This document shows, one piece after another, positions 1 through 9,638 of a DNA stretch of 64,000 nt. The translations under genes were made by a program, and so were the position numbers. Each line of letters begins with the position of its first letter. Within the stretch, counting starts at the first letter, position 1. Below the pieces are notes generated by a model. That model did no database searches and was not told where the DNA came from. It saw only the letters and a list, made by a program, of their open reading frames with translations. Location of the stretch: the NCBI GenBank assembly GCA_043817235.1, contig JBDRHA010000011.1, positions 107,467-171,466 on the forward strand, given 5' to 3'. Origin of the DNA: Candidatus Shapirobacteria bacterium. GTDB lineage: Bacteria; Patescibacteriota; Microgenomatia; UBA12405; BS750m-G30.

Positions 1-202
1 CTCCGGTATCCGCATCCAGCTTTACTTCATAGTCTGCCTCAAGATCAATATCCTCACCCTGCTCATTGGCGTCCTTTTTAAAAGCCGCTACTAAGGCAAG
101 CTTCACTGACTCAATTACAGCCTCCGGATCAATTTTTCGCTCTCCGGCTATCTGGGCGACAGCAGCGGCAAATTCAGTTTTCGGTAGCTTTCTTATAGCC
201 AT
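1..202 (-). CDS. NusA-like transcription factor, N-terminal fragment (gene continues past window start)
   Basis: Minus-strand ATG at 200-202. Translation MAIRKLPKTEFAAAVAQIAGERKIDPEAVIESVKLALVAAFKK... fits the NusA N-terminal pattern. Absent from the ORF track because it is truncated. Confidence 0.4.
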   Translation of the reverse strand, partial: MAIRKLPKTEFAAAVAQIAGERKIDPEAVIESVKLALVAAFKKDANEQGEDIDLEADYEVKLDADTG

Positions 203-310
203 TTTTTAGATAGATTATTCAAAAAAAGGGCGACCACAAGCGCCCCTCTTTCTTTAATACGATAAGTCAATAATGGATTAATTTTAGCAACTTCAGCTTA
301 GATAGTCAAC

Positions 311-628
311 TTATAAGGAGCATTCAGAGTCCGCCCGGCAATAGCCCCGACGGCATTGAGGACAAGGGTCTTGACCTTGAGATATAAGATCATCACAGGC
401 ACATGTTCCGGCTTTGTGGTTATTCCATTGATTGGCTTCTAAATAGCACATTGTACAAGCCGGCCTAATGCAACAGCGATAATCACCAGCGGCTGCTGCT
501 TCTTCAATGGCTAGCTCTATTTGTCTATTTATAGAATCTGATTTTTCTTGCGAGGAATAACTAAGGCCAAAAAACAAAATAGAAAGAGTTAGCAAAACAA
601 AAGAAGAAACAATAATCTTTTTTTTCAT
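311..628 (-). CDS. small secreted cysteine-rich protein (putative metal-binding)
   Basis: 105 aa with an N-terminal hydrophobic signal/TM and several Cys-containing motifs (CC, CxxC-like, CxC, CxxC) in the C-terminal half. Last gene of an operon with a CsoR-like sensor and DsbA. Confidence 0.5.
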   Translation of the reverse strand: MKKKIIVSSFVLLTLSILFFGLSYSSQEKSDSINRQIELAIEEAAAAGDYRCCIRPACTMCYLEANQWNNHKAGTCACDDLISQGQDPCPQCRRGYCRADSECSL

Positions 629-1341
629 TCGCTTAAATAATTCTGAATTATTTGCTCAAAAACTGAATAGGGCTGAGCACCGTTTACGAAAGTGCCACTT
701 ACTTGACCGCTCTCATCTAGCCGACCAATAACAAAAGCCGGAGTACCGTAAATTCCAGCTTTAGCCGCATCAGTTTTATCTTTTTCTACCTCCACAGCAA
801 GATCTTTATTGTCTAAACAGTTGATTAATTTTTGGCCGTCGATTCCCAAACTCTTGGCCAAATTAATTAATTTATCTTCAGCCATTCCTTGCCCGTTGCC
901 GGCAGTATTTTGGTATAGTAGATCATGATAGAGAAAATAAACCTCGTCTCCGCTTTGCTCCTGAACACATTCGCCAGCGATGGCTTCTTTTAAAGCAGCC
1001 GGGTTATGAAAATCCAGAGGCAAGTCGCGAAAAACTAAAATTGCCTTACCCGTGTGAATATAATTCTCTTTAATTTGACCAAGAGTTTGCTCGTAAAAAC
1101 GCTTGCAGTAAGGACACTCATAGTCACTAAATTCTACGATTGCTACTTTCGCCCCGGATTTATCTCCCAAGACTGGGTCATCATCCAAAGAAACTGTCTT
1201 TTGGGGAGAAGCAACAGAAGTTGGTGAAGAGCTCGATATCTGTTCGTTCTTATTCGGCCTAGAAAAACCCTGTAAGCCAAAAAAAATAGCCAAAGAAATC
1301 ATTGCCCCTACCAAAAGAAAAGTTAAAATATTCTTGTTCAT
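625..1341 (-). CDS. DsbA-family thiol:disulfide oxidoreductase (thioredoxin fold)
   Basis: CPYC active-site motif (ECPYCKRFYE), N-terminal TM anchor; 4-nt overlap with the downstream gene. Confidence 0.75.
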   Translation of the reverse strand: MNKNILTFLLVGAMISLAIFFGLQGFSRPNKNEQISSSSPTSVASPQKTVSLDDDPVLGDKSGAKVAIVEFSDYECPYCKRFYEQTLGQIKENYIHTGKAILVFRDLPLDFHNPAALKEAIAGECVQEQSGDEVYFLYHDLLYQNTAGNGQGMAEDKLINLAKSLGIDGQKLINCLDNKDLAVEVEKDKTDAAKAGIYGTPAFVIGRLDESGQVSGTFVNGAQPYSVFEQIIQNYLSE

Positions 1342-1347
1342 CTTTTA

Positions 1348-1620
1348 TTAACGATTAAAAAGATTAGCAACCTGCAGTATCTCCTTCGTCATTTTTTGCT
1401 TTCTGACTTCGTTTTTAGATTGCATGGCTTCTTTGAAACAAGTATTAAGATGATTTCTCATTAACTGCTGATGAGCTGATCGCAAAAGGCCGATAACAGC
1501 TAAATTCTGCTGCATGAGATCAATGCAATATTGATCCTCTTCCATCATCTGAATAATCTTTGCAATATGACTTTTGGCTTTTTTAAAATTAGTTAACACT
1601 TTTTGATTATCGTTTTTCAT
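1348..1620 (-). CDS. CsoR/RcnR-family metal-sensing transcriptional repressor
   Basis: 90 aa with the pattern ...QYCIDLMQQ...SAHQQLMRNHLNTC..., i.e. the Cys / His-x3-Cys ligand arrangement typical of Cu-sensing CsoR. Confidence 0.65.
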   Translation of the reverse strand: MKNDNQKVLTNFKKAKSHIAKIIQMMEEDQYCIDLMQQNLAVIGLLRSAHQQLMRNHLNTCFKEAMQSKNEVRKQKMTKEILQVANLFNR

Positions 1621-1684
1621 TAGCTTTTTCTTACCTGCACCTCAGGTCTAGGTCTCTAAAGAATACTAATTTATTAAATCTTTG

Positions 1685-2058
1685 TCAAGGGGCAAAATAT
1701 AGTAACATCTGGGAAAAATCGATTCCGTCGCCGAAAAAGAAAAACAAAGAAGGGTTTCCATCATCATGTATAGTAGCTAAACTAGTCACATATTCTATAT
1801 TTTTGATCTCAATCCCCACTTCTTCTTTAACTTCTCTTTTTAAAACTTTTTCCAAAACGTTATACCAGTAAAACTCTGTCTCTTTAGGAAGATCAATATA
1901 ATCACTAATTTCTAGCTTTCCTCCGGGTACTGTCCATTTAACCAGGAAATCTTTTTTTTGAAGGAGCCCGCCGAGTAATTAAATATTTGCCATCTCTAAT
2001 CAATCACAATCGCTGTGATTACTACCTCATGCAATCGCTCATTATTAACCTTACTCAT
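1685..2058 (-). pseudogene. NUDIX hydrolase gene disrupted by two frameshifts
   Basis: Minus-strand pieces: MSKVNNERLHEVVITAIVID*, then (frame -1) LIRDGKYLITRRAPSKKRFPG*, then a frame change inside an A8 homopolymer (1958-1965) to ...DFLVKWTVPGGKLE...REVKEEVGIEI (Nudix-box-like). None of the pieces is in the ORF track. Confidence 0.45.
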
Positions 2059-2193
2059 TTAAGAAGTCTACAAAAAAACAAGCCTGCAATTCTAATTTCT
2101 CTTTTTTGATAATTTTAATTGCCTTTTTCAAACACCAATGCTCCGGCCGACTTAATTTTTTTTAACATCTGCTGAATCTTCTTGCTTTTAATG

Positions 2194-2589
2194 CTACTTC
2201 TTTTTCGCTTTTTTGGACTTCTTAGGTTTTTCTGGTTTTTTGTTGTCTTCCAGCAAGCCTATGATCTTGGCAAGATTAGCATTAAGGGCCTCTATGTTTT
2301 GGGAAAGCTTGTTTATGCTTTGCTCATTTGGACCTCTTGGTAACGATGACCTATTTGAATCCCGGCCGCCAAAATCTCGCCTATAAGAGCCCCTGCGGTC
2401 AGGCTTTCGCTCGTCTCCTCCGCCTCTTTTTTCAAAACAGTCACTGCAGTAAATGGGCTTATCTCCACTAGGCCGAAAAGGCACTTGGCAATTTCTGCCG
2501 CATTCATCACAAACAGCATCATGCATTGCTGGCCTTCCTGAGTCTCTTCTGTTTCCTGATCTATTATTATCCCTAAAATTTCTCATCAA
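2194..2589 (-). CDS. zinc-ribbon protein with Arg/Gly- and Lys-rich tails
   Basis: CDECGRNC...FRPSGDKPIYCSDCF four-Cys ribbon, then RGG/RRD low-complexity and a KKSKKAKKK tail; start uncertain (MMRNF or MHDAV). Confidence 0.45.
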   Translation of the reverse strand: MMRNFRDNNRSGNRRDSGRPAMHDAVCDECGRNCQVPFRPSGDKPIYCSDCFEKRGGGDERKPDRRGSYRRDFGGRDSNRSSLPRGPNEQSINKLSQNIEALNANLAKIIGLLEDNKKPEKPKKSKKAKKK

Positions 2590-2688
2590 TATATCTTTCT
2601 ATTTGTATTTGTAAATTTGTAAATATAATATTCTAATAGACTGTAAGTATACGCGGTATAAGTTCCAATAGCAAGAGTAAATAGAGCA

Positions 2689-3279
2689 TTGACTTTTTTT
2701 AGTCCAACAGCTATCATATTTTTAATGAGCGAAGTTGGAGAAGCGCCTCCTCAAGAAACATTAAAAGACAGGATAGATGGAACTTGGGATAGAAGATACA
2801 GTTTTTATCATCTTTCTCCAGATTCTAGGCTCGCTTTCTTGCCGGGACGAAAAGAAGCCAAAGACAGAGAGGCAGCCGTCTATGCTAGCCAACGAGCAGC
2901 CAGAAAAATCTGGACGCTAAAAAGTACACTTCCAGAGGAGTCAAGAGACAGAAGAATAATAGAGCTTGCCGGGGATTATGGAAAGGAAACTTGGGGATTA
3001 CTCGGTTCCCCAAGCATGATTATAGCTTCAGGGAAACCAATGGCTGAAGACCTGGTAAGCCGGGGGTTTTATACTGACTCTGGCAAGGCTCTCCATGACC
3101 TTATTGACCCACATCTAGCCGAATTGTCTTTAATCGGAACAAGGCAATTACCGGAAAATTCTCTAAAAAGAAGAATCGCAATCGGAAAAAGAAGAGCCGA
3201 GCTTGTCGAAGCTTCCCGAAATCATGATTCCAGGGTTCAGGCTTGGCTTAAGGAAAAAATGAAAAAAAGAGTCCGCTGA
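2689..3279 (+). CDS. hypothetical protein
   Basis: 196-aa ORF with no recognisable motif; true start may be the internal MSEVGE. Confidence 0.3.
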   Translation: MTFFSPTAIIFLMSEVGEAPPQETLKDRIDGTWDRRYSFYHLSPDSRLAFLPGRKEAKDREAAVYASQRAARKIWTLKSTLPEESRDRRIIELAGDYGKETWGLLGSPSMIIASGKPMAEDLVSRGFYTDSGKALHDLIDPHLAELSLIGTRQLPENSLKRRIAIGKRRAELVEASRNHDSRVQAWLKEKMKKRVR

Positions 3280-3327
3280 TAAAAAACACGAGAGACATCT
3301 TTTGCCCCATAATATTAAAACAAGACG

Positions 3328-3939
3328 ATGCAAATACAGACTTTTGTCTTAGGAGAACTGCAAACTAATTGCTACTTAGTTTTTGAGGAAACAGGCGAGG
3401 CGGCTGTGATTGATCCGGCAGATGAAGCAAATTTTATTTCCGAACAAATTTTAAAGCAAAATTTAAAACTTAAGCATATTATTGCCACCCATGGACATTT
3501 TGACCATATTTTAGCGGCCTGGGAATTAACTTTAGCTTTTGATCTGTCGTTATCACTTCATCCTAAAGATAAATTTATGGCTGATTATATGCAAAAATCA
3601 GCTCAATATTGGCTCAAAAGAAAAATAATTGAAAAGCCGCCGGAAAAAGTAAAAGATTTAAAAGAAAAATATATTCAATTCGGCCGGCAGAAATTAAAAG
3701 TTATTCTTACCCCCGGCCATACACCAGGAAGTATCTGTTTGTATTCCCCAAAAGAAAAAGTTCTTTTTACCGGCGATACTCTTTTTGCCGATGGAGTTGG
3801 CCGCACTGATTTGCCTTATGGTTCGGAAAAAAACCTATCTATTTCCTTAAAAAAATTAGCAAAGCTTCCTGAAAATACAAAAATTTACTCTGGGCATGGA
3901 CCGGCAGGCGCACTAAAAGACATCACACGCCGGGCGTGA
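3328..3939 (+). CDS. MBL-fold metallo-hydrolase (glyoxalase II-like)
   Basis: THGHFDHI metal-binding motif, later GH and D residues; 203 aa. Confidence 0.75.
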   Translation: MQIQTFVLGELQTNCYLVFEETGEAAVIDPADEANFISEQILKQNLKLKHIIATHGHFDHILAAWELTLAFDLSLSLHPKDKFMADYMQKSAQYWLKRKIIEKPPEKVKDLKEKYIQFGRQKLKVILTPGHTPGSICLYSPKEKVLFTGDTLFADGVGRTDLPYGSEKNLSISLKKLAKLPENTKIYSGHGPAGALKDITRRA

Positions 3940-4077
3940 CCCAAGCCACACCTGGTGTGTGGCAATCTCTGTTTGGAATTGCTGGTTCCGCGCAGGATTG
4001 CCGCGTCAGTCGCTTCGCTTCCTTCCTCGCAATGACAATGTTAACAACTCGCGATGACATTGATATCTCTAATAACT

Positions 4078-4911
4078 CTAAAAAGTCTTTTTTAGATTAT
4101 TAATTATTCTTCTTTGTTCAGCTGTTAATCTTTGGGGTATTTTAGCTTTAATCTGAACATATTCATCTCCCAAAGATCTAAATATTCCGCCGGTTTTTAG
4201 GCCCTGACCACGCAAGCGAATTAAACTTCCGGACTGAGTTCCTGGCCTAATTCTTAATTTTAGTAAACCGCTTATGGTGGGAACTTCCACCGCTCCTCCT
4301 AGCACCAAAGTTGGGTAATCAACTTCCTTGCTCACAATAATATTCTGCCCTTCCCTTTTGAAAACCGGATGAGGCTTGACCGAAATAATTAAATTAAAAT
4401 CCGAAAAACGAATTCTCTGGCCATTATCCACTCCAGGCGGAATTTTAATTTTGCGTCTTCTTCCTTCAATGCTCACCTGCTTTTCCACTCCTTTAATAGC
4501 TTCCATAAAATCTAACTCAACTTGATAAGTAGGCTGAGCCCTTTGGCCGGAAAAAGGAGAGTCCCCGCCAAAAAATTGTTCAAAAATATCAAAAGGATTG
4601 GAAAAATCAAACCCTTCCGGCGTTCCTCCTCCAGAAGTAGAGTAGGTATAAGTAAATGGGCCTTGGCGATAAGAATGAGCCCCCTCTTGAGAAGAAGGCA
4701 CTTCTCCGAACTGATCGTAAGTTTCTCTTTTTTTGGAATCAGACAAAATCTCGTAAGCAGCGTTGATTTCCTTAAATTTATCTTCTGCTTCTTTGGTTTT
4801 ATTGCGATCCGGATGCCATTTTAAAGCCAGCTTGCGATAAGCACTCTTGATTTCTCCCAAGCTTGCTTTTTTATCAACGCCCAAGACGTTGTAATAGTCC
4901 TTTTTCATCAA
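4078..4911 (-). CDS. dnaJ: DnaJ-class co-chaperone lacking the Zn-finger (CbpA-like)
   Basis: J-domain DYYNVLGV...[14 protein letters not shown] with HPD, G/F region, no CxxCxGxG repeats; last gene of the hrcA-grpE-dnaK operon. Confidence 0.75.
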   Translation of the reverse strand: MMKKDYYNVLGVDKKASLGEIKSAYRKLALKWHPDRNKTKEAEDKFKEINAAYEILSDSKKRETYDQFGEVPSSQEGAHSYRQGPFTYTYSTSGGGTPEGFDFSNPFDIFEQFFGGDSPFSGQRAQPTYQVELDFMEAIKGVEKQVSIEGRRRKIKIPPGVDNGQRIRFSDFNLIISVKPHPVFKREGQNIIVSKEVDYPTLVLGGAVEVPTISGLLKLRIRPGTQSGSLIRLRGQGLKTGGIFRSLGDEYVQIKAKIPQRLTAEQRRIINNLKKTF

Positions 4912-4917
4912 AAGGCT

Positions 4918-6825
4918 CTAGTTAACTATTTCTCCTTCTTCCGCTTCCTTTTTTTCTTCGCCGTTTTTTGGCTCTTCCTTCGGCGCTTCTTCGCTTGGCG
5001 CTTCTGCTTGAGACTCTGCGCTTTGGGCAGCTTGATGTGCTTTAGAACCAATAGCCTGCATCAAAGAAGACAATTCTTGACTTTTATTTTCATAGTCTTC
5101 TTTACTTGTTTCTTCGTTGGCTAAAAATTCTTTACTTTCTTTAACCGCTTTTTCCAAATTTTCTTTGTCTTTTTCTTCCAGCTTATTTTTCATATCAGAA
5201 AGCATTTTTTCCGCCGCAAAAACAGTATTATCTAAAGTATTTTTAGATTCTACCTTAGCTTTTTTCTCTTCATCTTCAGAAGCGTGCTTTTCCGCTTCCT
5301 CCTTCATTTTTTCCACTTCTTTCTCAGATAAATTAGTGGCATTTTTAATACTAATTTGCTGTTCTTTGCCGGTTGCCTTATCTTGAGCCGAAACATTTAA
5401 AATGCCATTACTGTCAATGTCAAAAGTAACCTCAATCTGCGGCATGCCGCGCGGAGCCGGAGGAATCCCGTCTAAAATAAACCGGCCCAACGACTTGTTG
5501 TCGGCCGCCATTGGCCGCTCTCCCTGAAGAACATTAATTTCTACCTGAGTCTGGTTGTCTGCCGCTGTAGAAAAAACTTGTGACTTTTTTGTTGGCACGG
5601 TAGTATTGCGGTCAATCAAAGAAGTGCGCACTCCCCCTAAAGTTTCAATTCCCAAAGTTAAAGGGGTAACATCCAAAAGCAAGACATCTCGCACTTCTCC
5701 TCCCAAAACTGCGCCCTGAATAGCTGCTCCCACCGCTACCACCTCATCCGGATTAACCGATTTATTGGGCTCTTTGCCAAAATATTCAGAAACCAGTTTT
5801 TGAATTTTGGGCATACGAGTCTGGCCACCGACCAAAATTACCTCATCAATATCACTTGGCTTTAGCTTGGCATCTTTTAAACAAGCCTCCACCGGCTTCA
5901 TTGTTCGCTCAGTCAGATCTTGGGTCATCTGTTCTAGCTTAGAGCGAGTTAACTTTTTCTCTAAGTGCAGGGCCTTATTGTCCCGCTGAACCAAGAAAGG
6001 CAAGTTAATTTCTGCTTCCTGAACGGAAGAAAGTTCAATTTTCGCTTTTTCGGCTGCTTCTCTGATTCTTTGCATCGCCTGAAGATCTTTAGATAGATTA
6101 ATGCCTTCGGCTTTTTTAAACTCTTCTACCAGCCATTCCACAATTTTTTGGTCAAAATCATCGCCTCCCAAGAAAGTGTCACCGTTGGTTGCCTTTACTT
6201 CAAAAACGCCGTCGCCAATTTCCAGTATAGAGATATCAAAAGTCCCACCGCCTAAATCATAAACAGCGATCGTCTCGTTTTTCTTTTTATCTAGGCCATA
6301 TGCCAAGGAAGCGGCCGTTGGCTCATTAATAATTCGCTTGACGTCCAAACCAGCAATTTCTCCGGCTTGCTTGGTCGCTTGGCGCTGAGAGTCATCAAAA
6401 TAAGCGGGAACAGTAATTACCGCTTCCTTAACTTCTTCGCCCAAAAAAGCCTCGGCATCTGCTTTTGCTTTTTGCAAAATTTTGGCTGATATTTCTTGAG
6501 GCGTATAGGTTTTATCGCCTACCTTAACTGCCGCCATGTTGTCCTTGCCTGAAACAACCTCGTAAGGAACCATTTCCTGTGTCTTTTGAACTTCCTTATC
6601 TTTGTAGCGGCGACCCATTAATCTTTTTATTGAATAAATCGTACTTTTGGGATTTAAGATCATCTGGCGCTTGGCCAAATCTCCTACCAAACCTTTTACC
6701 GGCTCCACTACCGAAGGAATTAAGTTTCCGCCCTCGGCCGTGGGAACAACCTTTGGCTTCCCCGCCTCCATAATGGCCACACAAGAATTAGTCGTTCCTA
6801 AATCAATACCGATTATTTTGCCCAT
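4918..6825 (-). CDS. dnaK: molecular chaperone DnaK (Hsp70)
   Basis: [31 protein letters not shown] signatures; 635 aa with an acidic C-terminal tail. Confidence 0.95.
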   Translation of the reverse strand: MGKIIGIDLGTTNSCVAIMEAGKPKVVPTAEGGNLIPSVVEPVKGLVGDLAKRQMILNPKSTIYSIKRLMGRRYKDKEVQKTQEMVPYEVVSGKDNMAAVKVGDKTYTPQEISAKILQKAKADAEAFLGEEVKEAVITVPAYFDDSQRQATKQAGEIAGLDVKRIINEPTAASLAYGLDKKKNETIAVYDLGGGTFDISILEIGDGVFEVKATNGDTFLGGDDFDQKIVEWLVEEFKKAEGINLSKDLQAMQRIREAAEKAKIELSSVQEAEINLPFLVQRDNKALHLEKKLTRSKLEQMTQDLTERTMKPVEACLKDAKLKPSDIDEVILVGGQTRMPKIQKLVSEYFGKEPNKSVNPDEVVAVGAAIQGAVLGGEVRDVLLLDVTPLTLGIETLGGVRTSLIDRNTTVPTKKSQVFSTAADNQTQVEINVLQGERPMAADNKSLGRFILDGIPPAPRGMPQIEVTFDIDSNGILNVSAQDKATGKEQQISIKNATNLSEKEVEKMKEEAEKHASEDEEKKAKVESKNTLDNTVFAAEKMLSDMKNKLEEKDKENLEKAVKESKEFLANEETSKEDYENKSQELSSLMQAIGSKAHQAAQSAESQAEAPSEEAPKEEPKNGEEKKEAEEGEIVN

Positions 6826-7299
6826 TTATTTTTTCCCTCCTTGGCCTACCCGAACTTTGGCCGGCCTAACCACCCGGCCATCAAGGGTATAGCCTTTATT
6901 TAATGTTTTAACAACTAAATTTTGTTTTCCCTCTCCCATTTCTACACAATCCATAAGCTCCGGATCAAACATTTCTCCTTTGCTTTTAATTTCCTTAACC
7001 CCCTCACTTAGCAAAACTTCTTTAAACTGGTTTACGGCTATTGCAAGTCCTTTATCCTCAAGATGAGATTCAGCTCTTTCCAAATCATCCAAAACCCCCA
7101 AAAGCTTATCTATCAACCGCAAAGCCGAATTCTTTTTAAAATGGCTAATTTCTTTTTCTATCCGACATTCTAAATTGCGATAATCAGCCAAAGCTCTTTT
7201 TAGCTGCTCTTCTAAGCCAGTCACCCTGATTTTTAAATCTTTATTATTACTTTTCATTCTTTTAATTTTACCGAGCAATATGAGAAATAATATCCGCAA
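6826..7299 (-). CDS. grpE: nucleotide exchange factor GrpE
   Basis: 157 aa, coiled-coil N-terminus, located between hrcA and dnaK. Confidence 0.85.
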   Translation of the reverse strand: MRILFLILLGKIKRMKSNNKDLKIRVTGLEEQLKRALADYRNLECRIEKEISHFKKNSALRLIDKLLGVLDDLERAESHLEDKGLAIAVNQFKEVLLSEGVKEIKSKGEMFDPELMDCVEMGEGKQNLVVKTLNKGYTLDGRVVRPAKVRVGQGGKK

Positions 7300-8002
7300 A
7301 ATAATTTACTAAAGGAACCACTTCAGAATAGCGCTGGCGGGCCGGGCCCATTACCCCAATTATTCCCTTATATGGTCCAGTTTCGTATTCTTGGAAAATA
7401 AAACCGCAGGGTTCGAGCAGAGCTTCGCCCAGGTCATGACCAATAAGCAATCTTGCCTCGCCTTCGTCAATCGGCGAAGAAACAATAGAATCCATAATTT
7501 TCAGCCAATAATCAGACCGGTCAATAAGTTCCAAAGCCATTCGGGTCACATCAATATCCATAAATTCCGGTTCATCAAGAAGGTGAGCCATACCGGAAAA
7601 ATACATGCCGCCCTGGGAAGTGGCGCTTAAAGCCATTTTTCGCGATCGTTTTGAAAGCTCTTTAGTAGCTTCTTTTAGCAAAGAATCAAAATCATGCTTT
7701 TTTTCTAACACTTTTTCTTTTACTCCCACTTCTTCGGAAACAGAAAGTTTTTTGGGAGTCATTAGTTCCCGCACGTAATACTTTAAAGCCATGGAAGTAG
7801 GCATTCTGCCCGAAGAGGCGTGAGGCTTGCTTAGGTAGCCAATCTGGGCCATCTTGGCCATTTCATTTCTTAAAGTAGCCGGGCAAACACCAAAATTATA
7901 TTTCTTTTCCAGGCTTTCCGAGCCAACTGGCTCGGCTGTATCAATAAATTCTTCTACAATCGCTTTCAAAATATTGATTTGTCTTGGTGTTAAATCGGCC
8001 AT
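7268..8002 (-). CDS. hrcA: heat-inducible transcription repressor HrcA
   Basis: N-terminal winged-HTH pattern (RQINILKAIVEEF...PVGS), 244 aa, first gene of the operon with a CIRCE-like element upstream. Confidence 0.85.
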   Translation of the reverse strand: MADLTPRQINILKAIVEEFIDTAEPVGSESLEKKYNFGVCPATLRNEMAKMAQIGYLSKPHASSGRMPTSMALKYYVRELMTPKKLSVSEEVGVKEKVLEKKHDFDSLLKEATKELSKRSRKMALSATSQGGMYFSGMAHLLDEPEFMDIDVTRMALELIDRSDYWLKIMDSIVSSPIDEGEARLLIGHDLGEALLEPCGFIFQEYETGPYKGIIGVMGPARQRYSEVVPLVNYFADIISHIAR

Positions 8003-8003
8003 A

Positions 8004-8030
8004 TTAGCAAAAGATTAACACGACTGCTAA
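8004..8030 (-). promoter_or_regulatory. CIRCE-like inverted repeat (HrcA operator) overlapping the hrcA promoter
   Basis: TTAGCAAAA-N9-GACTGCTAA matches the TTAGCA-N15-TGCTAA frame of the CIRCE consensus TTAGCACTC-N9-GAGTGCTAA. A minus-strand TTGACA (-35) at 8035-8040 lies just upstream. Confidence 0.6.
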
Positions 8031-8036
8031 TTGCTG

Positions 8037-8330
8037 TCAAGGGGTAATTTTCATTAAAGCCCAGAAAAAAGAAGCAAAAAGAATAAATAGGATAATGCTT
8101 AGCTGTTTATACCAAATAAAAAGCCCTAAAGTTAAGGTTAAAGAAAGCCATAAAGAAAGTTTAAATCTTCCCCAAATTCCAAAAAATAAGAAAAAGAAAA
8201 ACAAGAAAAAGAAAAGAAAGAAAATTAAAATTTGCCACCAAAAATCAGGAGATATTTTAACAATCCAAAACACTAAGGAAATTAAAGAAAGCAAAGATAA
8301 AAATGAAAAAAGAATTTTTCTTTTGATCAC
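8037..8330 (-). CDS. hypothetical small hydrophobic protein (doubtful)
   Basis: 97-aa Phe/Leu-rich ORF lying on an A/G-rich low-complexity tract; may not be coding. Confidence 0.2.
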   Translation of the reverse strand: MIKRKILFSFLSLLSLISLVFWIVKISPDFWWQILIFFLFFFLFFFFLFFGIWGRFKLSLWLSLTLTLGLFIWYKQLSIILFILFASFFWALMKITP

Positions 8331-8375
8331 TGTTATTATTTAAGAAGAAAAAAAGAAGAAAAGCAAACTGCTCAA

Positions 8376-8430
8376 GGGAACCGGGGGCTTGTTTGTCAAA
8401 AATCGACAAAAACAAAGCCGCCCGGCTCCC
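8376..8430. repeat. 55-bp hairpin-forming repeat, copy 1 (identical to 9851-9905)
   Basis: GGGAACCGGGGGCTTGTTTGTCAAAAATCGACAAAAACAAAGCCGCCCGGCTCCC; internal imperfect palindrome GGCTTGTTTGTC...GACAAAAACAAAGCC; at the low-GC/high-GC boundary. Confidence 0.9.
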
Positions 8431-8453
8431 CTTGCACCTAAAAATGCTACAGC

Positions 8454-9638
8454 CTATTGACTATAGCATTTCTCCCAGGAATCCATGGCCCACATGGCGT
8501 CATCTCCGCCGCATGGTTTCCAGCCGTCTATCAGCTTCTCTGCATAGACATCCGCCATCGAGCGGGCCGCGGGATCAGCGGCAGGTGAGAACGGCGCTAA
8601 AGTAATCGCGCCTTCTGCCAAGCCATGATTCCACCTGAACCCTACGAAACCTCCCTCCAGAGTTTTCCGGACGGCCCAGGTGTATATGTCCGACCAATCG
8701 ATCACCACGCTGGTGAGAATGTGGTCGTTGGGCGCCACGCGCTCGGCCCAGTTGGAATCGTAGCCGATCACCCAGACATCGGTGTCCACCAGCGCCGTAC
8801 CGGCAGCCGTGCTGTCCTGGTGCACTGCCACCACTCTCGCCCCCTCTTCTTTGAGCGCCAGCGCCCCGGCGGTCTCGTCGCCTAAGTTCTCCCAATTGTT
8901 GATATACACAGTGGAAATGCTGACCGGCAGCCCTCCCCCCTTCTCAGCCCAAGTGTCGGCGAAGCAGGCGGCGCACGCCCCGTGGTTGGAGGCTACCTGA
9001 GGATTCTCCGCATAGGCGCCCAGCATGCCAAGCTCAGGCTCATCCACAATAGCCGCCGCGGCAGCGCAGGCCGCACAGAATCCTTCCCACGATTTCGGGT
9101 ACATGGACACCAGGTTCGTGGCCACCGGCCCGCGGATGCAAGCGAAATTCACGTCGGGGTGGCTTGGCGCCACGTTTTCCTGCAGATCTTGGCACCAGTT
9201 CTCGGCGGTGACAAAGACCAGCCTGGCGCCTTTGGAAATCATGTCCTCAGCCACACGTGAAGCTTCTGTGGCGCTAAAATCCGTAGTCGCCGTCCAGGAA
9301 AGGGTGTTGACTACCACCTTACCTGTGCCATCCACAACTCTAAAGCCTTCCCCGTCCTCTTCCACCTGCATACCCTGGGATGGATCGTAGACAGCTTCCA
9401 AGGCCTGCCGCAGACCCTCCCGGTGCGCGGCCGACCAAGGGATCTGAACCGGCGAGATGTAGATCATTCCGATAGTAGTCAGATCCACAGTCTCTGCTGC
9501 ATCCGTAGGTTGCGACTGCGGCTGGGCGGTTAGCTGCACTGGCGGCGCTACTAGCGGAGCCGTGCACGCGCTGAAGACGCAGGACAGGGTGAACAAGAAA
9601 AACGTTGCGGCAAGGGCCACCAGGTGAACGCGTTTCAT
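8454..9638 (-). CDS. BMP-family (PnrA-like) ABC-transporter substrate-binding lipoprotein, probable nucleoside binding
   Basis: High-GC gene. RBS AAAGGAG plus ATG at 9638, giving MKRVHLVALAATFFLFTLSC with a lipobox; BMP-family motifs. The ORF-track start at 9728 is probably too far upstream. Confidence 0.65.
   Translation of the reverse strand: MKRVHLVALAATFFLFTLSCVFSACTAPLVAPPVQLTAQPQSQPTDAAETVDLTTIGMIYISPVQIPWSAAHREGLRQALEAVYDPSQGMQVEEDGEGFRVVDGTGKVVVNTLSWTATTDFSATEASRVAEDMISKGARLVFVTAENWCQDLQENVAPSHPDVNFACIRGPVATNLVSMYPKSWEGFCAACAAAAAIVDEPELGMLGAYAENPQVASNHGACAACFADTWAEKGGGLPVSISTVYINNWENLGDETAGALALKEEGARVVAVHQDSTAAGTALVDTDVWVIGYDSNWAERVAPNDHILTSVVIDWSDIYTWAVRKTLEGGFVGFRWNHGLAEGAITLAPFSPAADPAARSMADVYAEKLIDGWKPCGGDDAMWAMDSWEKCYSQ

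Noticed and set aside
2313-2522. 69-aa same-strand ORF nested inside the zinc-ribbon gene
   Set aside because: Alternate frame of 2194-2589 with no motif; the zinc-ribbon frame is the supported one.
4522-6892. Small ORFs antisense or out of frame within dnaJ/dnaK (4522-4824, 5117-5386, 5807-5989, 6579-6773, 6596-6784, 6647-6892)
   Set aside because: Fully embedded in the highly conserved DnaK/DnaJ coding sequences, with low-complexity translations.
8095-8343. Lys-rich ORF 8095-8343 (+) and the polypurine tract 8160-8240
   Set aside because: An A/G-rich low-complexity tract translating to poly-Lys/Glu. Likely non-coding, although it is notable that such tracts lie next to the island boundary.
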